DNA of 64,000 nucleotides from Phycisphaerae bacterium (GTDB lineage Bacteria; Planctomycetota; Phycisphaerae; Phycisphaerales; UBA1924): NCBI GenBank assembly GCA_030426605.1, contig JAUHXM010000003.1, positions 9,406 to 73,405 of the forward strand, read 5' to 3'. Shown piece by piece: positions 60,941 to 64,000 of this stretch (position 1 is its first letter; each line of letters starts with the position of its first letter). The notes under the pieces were generated by a model. It saw only the letters and a program-made list of their open reading frames with translations, ran no database searches and was not told where the DNA came from. The position numbers and the translations under genes were made by a program.

Positions 60941-61198
60941 TCAATCGGTCCGATCGGGTGCGGCGCTCGACCCGCCCGCGCTCATTCCCAGATCCAGCTC
61001 GCTGATCTTCTGCTCCGCCTCGCTCAGCACCGACCGGCACCGCGCGATGAGCTTGACCCCCCGCTCGTACGCCTCCATCGACTCGGCGAGCCCGATCTCC
61101 CCCCCCTCGATCCGCTCGACGATCTCCTCGAGCGCGCCGATCGCCTCCTCGTAGTTCAGCGTCGCGGCATCCGGGTCGGGTTTGGGTTTCTTCGCCAC
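60941..61198 (-). CDS. xseB: Exodeoxyribonuclease VII small subunit
   Basis: The product is 85 aa and contains LNYEEAIGALEEIVERIEGGEIGLAESMEAYERGVKLIARC. Confidence 0.9.
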   Translation of the reverse strand: MAKKPKPDPDAATLNYEEAIGALEEIVERIEGGEIGLAESMEAYERGVKLIARCRSVLSEAEQKISELDLGMSAGGSSAAPDRTD

Positions 61199-61207
61199 GC
61201 GGGCAGA

Positions 61208-62734
61208 CTAGCCGCCGGCGTCGAAGAGGTCCATCTGCCCCCGCCCCCCGCGCCGACGCCGCGGGCCCCGGCTCGCCCGCGGCTGCTCGCGCGGTGGCTC
61301 CGCGACCGACCCGCCCCCCACGACCTCCGACTCGAACGACCCGTCCGCGACGCGCGTCGTCACCCGCGCCCCGGGCGCGACGTCCCCCATCACACGCACG
61401 GGCCGCCCGGACGCGTCGAGTGTCACCGAATACCCCCGTGCCAGCACCTGCCCGGGCCCCACGGCGTCCAGCTCGCGCGAGAGCGATTCGATGTCAGACG
61501 CCGAACGCTCCAGCACCAGCTTGCCCGCCCGTCGGAGCCGGTCCGCCAGGGCCTCAACGCGCGCAGAACGGCGCTCATGCGCCACCGCGGGACGGTGGCG
61601 CTCCAGACGCACCGTCGCCCGGTCCACGCGCCGCCCCGCCCGAGCGAGGGCCCCTTCCGCCGCCTGCCCCAGACGGCGCGCGAGCGTCGCAACCCGCTCG
61701 CGATGCACAACGATCGGACCGCGCGGGTCCGCCAGTGTCGGCGTGCGGCTCAGCGACTCGAGCCGCTGGGCCTCGTACCGGAGACGTGACCGCAGCGACT
61801 CGCGCGCCCGCCGGGCGTGGGTGTCCAACTCCCGCGCCAGCGCTTCGCGGTCCGGGACGAGCCGCACCGCCGCCTGCGTGGGCGTCGAACAGCGCACGTC
61901 CGCGACGAGTTCCGCGATGGTCGTGTCCGACTCGTGCCCGATCGCCGCGACGACCGGCAGCTCGCACGCCACAATCGCCTCGGCGACCGCCCGCTCGTTG
62001 AACGCCCACAGGTCCTCGATCGAGCCCCCGCCGCGCGTGATGAGCAGGGCGTCGATGCCGAGATCGTTGCGCCGGTCCGAGACCGCCCGGATCGCGCGCG
62101 CGACCTCGGGGGCCGCGGATTCACCCTGCACGCGCGCATCGACGATGACGATCTCGACGGCCGGGCAACGCGAGCGCGCCGTCGCGATGACGTCCTGCAA
62201 CGCCGCGCCCGTCCGGCTCGTGATCACCGCGATCCGGCGCGGAAAGACGGGCACCGGGCGTTTGCGTGCCTCATCGAACCAGCCCAACCCGCGGAGCTCA
62301 GCACACAACGCCCTGAACCGCTCCTCGAGCACCCCGACGCCGACCGCCCGGATCGAGTCCACGATCAGGCTCACCCGCCCGGACTTCGCGTAGAAATCGA
62401 CACGCCCGGAGACGACGACCTCCGCCCCGTCCGATGGCGTGAACCCCGCCTTCCGCGCGGCGGACGCGAACATCACGCACCCCACCACCGCGTCCTCGTC
62501 CTTCAGCTGGAAGTACCAGTGCGTCCGCTCGGTGAACCCCGAGATCTGCCCGATCACCCGGACGCGAGCCGGGAGCCCGTCCTTGAGCGCCCGGTCGATC
62601 TTCGCACAAAGCACGCTCACGCCGATGGGCTCGTCCGGCGCGCGAGACCGCGGGGCGGAGGGATCAGGCGTTCCCTCCGCCCCGCGGGTTGTGGACTTCA
62701 TCTTCTTCGGATCGAAGGGCAGCCGGCCGGTCAT
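61208..62734 (-). CDS. xseA: Exodeoxyribonuclease VII large subunit
   Basis: It has an OB-fold N-terminus (GQISGFTERTHWYFQLKDEDAVVGCVMF), a catalytic core (ITSRTGAALQDV...ITRGGGSIEDLWAFNE...GHESDTTIAE) and a long C-terminal coiled coil. Confidence 0.9.
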   Translation of the reverse strand: MTGRLPFDPKKMKSTTRGAEGTPDPSAPRSRAPDEPIGVSVLCAKIDRALKDGLPARVRVIGQISGFTERTHWYFQLKDEDAVVGCVMFASAARKAGFTPSDGAEVVVSGRVDFYAKSGRVSLIVDSIRAVGVGVLEERFRALCAELRGLGWFDEARKRPVPVFPRRIAVITSRTGAALQDVIATARSRCPAVEIVIVDARVQGESAAPEVARAIRAVSDRRNDLGIDALLITRGGGSIEDLWAFNERAVAEAIVACELPVVAAIGHESDTTIAELVADVRCSTPTQAAVRLVPDREALARELDTHARRARESLRSRLRYEAQRLESLSRTPTLADPRGPIVVHRERVATLARRLGQAAEGALARAGRRVDRATVRLERHRPAVAHERRSARVEALADRLRRAGKLVLERSASDIESLSRELDAVGPGQVLARGYSVTLDASGRPVRVMGDVAPGARVTTRVADGSFESEVVGGGSVAEPPREQPRASRGPRRRRGGRGQMDLFDAGG

Positions 62735-62750
62735 GCCGGCAGCGTACCCG

Positions 62751-63545
62751 TCACTCGTTGATCGCGACCTCGTCGGACGACTCGGCCTCGACGTTCTCCG
62801 CGAGCCGCGCCGCCTCGTCGGCCGCCATGGTCGGCGGCGTGGAGACGCGCGTCGCGCCTTCGAGGATGTTGCTCGCGACCGACGCCGCCTCGACGTCGCT
62901 CATGGGCTCGCCCTGGACCGCCTCACGCGACTTGCCCCGCGGCAGCTCCGCGGGCTTGCGGAACCAGCCCGCCGGCTCGGGCGTGCCCCGGACCTCGGTC
63001 GCCTCGGCGTCCGCGTTCGGGTTCGTGAACGTGCGGACACCGAGGTACCCGTTCGCCTTCAGCCATCCCCGGCGCGCCCGCTCGAGCGCCCGGAAGAGCT
63101 CCTCGGTGCGCTCGATGCGCCGACGGTCAAACAGCGCCCGGTCCGTCTGCAGGCTCGAGCCGTTGAACAGTTGGCGGGCCGTGGTGATGTTCACCGGGGC
63201 GTACAGCTCGTTGTACTCGTCCGTCTGCGGCAGCGGCTCGAACGGATCGATCGCGAAGACGCCGTCGAAGACCTGGACGTAGATCAGGCTTGGCGCGTCC
63301 TCGGCGCCGCTCGCGGCGCGGTGGTTGTTCCGCGTGGGGACCCACGCGATCTCGCCGTTCTCACCGGTCTGACCGACGACGCGGGCGTCGGCCTGAACGT
63401 CGCGGACCTGGTCGGCGCGCTGGCCGGAGAGGTCCATCATCTGCGGGCGGATCTCCACGACGTCCGCGAGGGGGCGCACGATCGTGGTGGTTCCGGGCGC
63501 CATGCCGAACGTCGCGGCAAGCATCAGGGCGGTGGTGGTCAACAT
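62751..63545 (-). CDS. Hypothetical secreted protein
   Basis: ATG at 63545 has AGGAG 7 nt upstream and gives the signal-like sequence MLTTTALMLAATFGMA. Coding composition is clean. I recognise no family. Confidence 0.5.
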   Translation of the reverse strand: MLTTTALMLAATFGMAPGTTTIVRPLADVVEIRPQMMDLSGQRADQVRDVQADARVVGQTGENGEIAWVPTRNNHRAASGAEDAPSLIYVQVFDGVFAIDPFEPLPQTDEYNELYAPVNITTARQLFNGSSLQTDRALFDRRRIERTEELFRALERARRGWLKANGYLGVRTFTNPNADAEATEVRGTPEPAGWFRKPAELPRGKSREAVQGEPMSDVEAASVASNILEGATRVSTPPTMAADEAARLAENVEAESSDEVAINE

Positions 63546-63769
63546 CTCAAGCTCCTTCGTTCGCACATGGGCGGGTCGTGCCGAGGCCGCCATGAGGCGG
63601 CCACCCTGCACTGCGATTCCGGTTCGGCCCGCGCCGTCGGCGGGACCGATGCGTCCCGCTCAACCCGAGCATGCCGCGCGATCCGCACGACCGCCACACG
63701 GGGCGGGAGAATTCACGCAAATCTTGCCTATTTCTACGTTTACCGGACGACCCACGGCGTTCTCGGCGC

Positions 63770-64000
63770 TTACGCGGACCGACCGGCGAACGGGACCGCG
63801 TCCGCCGAGGTGAGCCACTCGTACGCGTCGTGCACCGCCGCGGCGTAGCCGGAGAAGCGGCGCCCGTCGCGGATGAACTCACGGGCCGACTCGCCCAGCG
63901 CCCGGGCGCCCTCGGGGTCGTTCACGATCATCTCGAACGCGCTCGCCCACGAGTCGGCGTCGGGCTTGGAAACGACCACACACGTGCGCGCGTCGATGAG
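63770..64000 (-). CDS. Glycosyltransferase (GT1/GT4-like) C-terminal fragment, partial at the window end
   Basis: The frame stays open to nt 64000. LIDARTCVVVSKPDADSWASAFEMIVNDPEGARALGESAREFI resembles the C-terminal region of GT4 enzymes. Only 76 aa are visible. Confidence 0.5.
   Translation of the reverse strand, partial: LIDARTCVVVSKPDADSWASAFEMIVNDPEGARALGESAREFIRDGRRFSGYAAAVHDAYEWLTSADAVPFAGRSA

Noticed and set aside
59395-61789. Pro/Arg-rich plus-strand ORFs (59395..60201, 59453..60376, 60386..61789) and the 499-aa minus-strand ORF 59541..61040.
   Set aside because: These are extreme low-complexity translations (runs of P, R, A, G). They lie antisense or out of frame to the clearly recognisable prepilin peptidase, xseB and xseA genes.
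1-64000. Search for CRISPR arrays, IS elements, integrases next to the tRNA cluster, prophage or defence-island genes, and long DNA-level direct or inverted repeats.
   Set aside because: I saw no regularly spaced direct repeats, no transposase, integrase or recombinase motifs, and no restriction, Cas or toxin-antitoxin signatures. The tRNA cluster is flanked by an OmpA-like gene and a kinase gene, not by mobile DNA. The secretin repeats are diverged at the protein level and I could not see long identical DNA repeats. A dot-plot would be needed to be certain.

Overview
Very GC-rich window (about 70% by eye) with almost no non-coding DNA. Gene content and protein style suggest a PVC-type, possibly planctomycete, chromosome; that placement is inference. 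All calls come from reading the supplied translations and the DNA. No searches were run, so family names rest on motif recognition.

I see no CRISPR array, transposase, integrase or phage genes. Because of the GC content, most long ORFs in the six-frame track are Arg/Pro/Ala-rich antisense or out-of-frame shadows of the real genes.

Layout, left to right:
- sucA 5' part.
- pstSCAB operon with grossly enlarged PstC and PstA permeases.
- A T2SS-like operon on the minus strand (gspF, then G-H-I-J-K-L-M/C-D-lipoprotein). Its secretin is a single 3,313-aa ORF with about 34 tandem secretin N-domain repeats. This is the most unusual object in the window.
- gpx, a double-length PTPS/QueD-like gene, and a divergent gspE.
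- Housekeeping genes: GT9 heptosyltransferase, serC, serA, parvulin-like lipoprotein, RNase Y.
- PilZ protein, transglutaminase, DUF58, scpB, YhhQ-family transporter.
- A response regulator plus HD-GYP pair.
- A second 13-gene type IV pilus/T2SS-like operon on the minus strand (HK-STAS-pilB-pilC-pilM-N-O-P-pilin-4 minor pilins). It has no secretin. Its ATPase carries both MshEN c-di-GMP-binding motifs.
- tRNA-Val, tRNA-Thr and tRNA-Tyr.
- OmpA-like lipoprotein.
- xseA-xseB plus an oversized prepilin peptidase.
- A secreted hypothetical protein and the 3' end of a glycosyltransferase.
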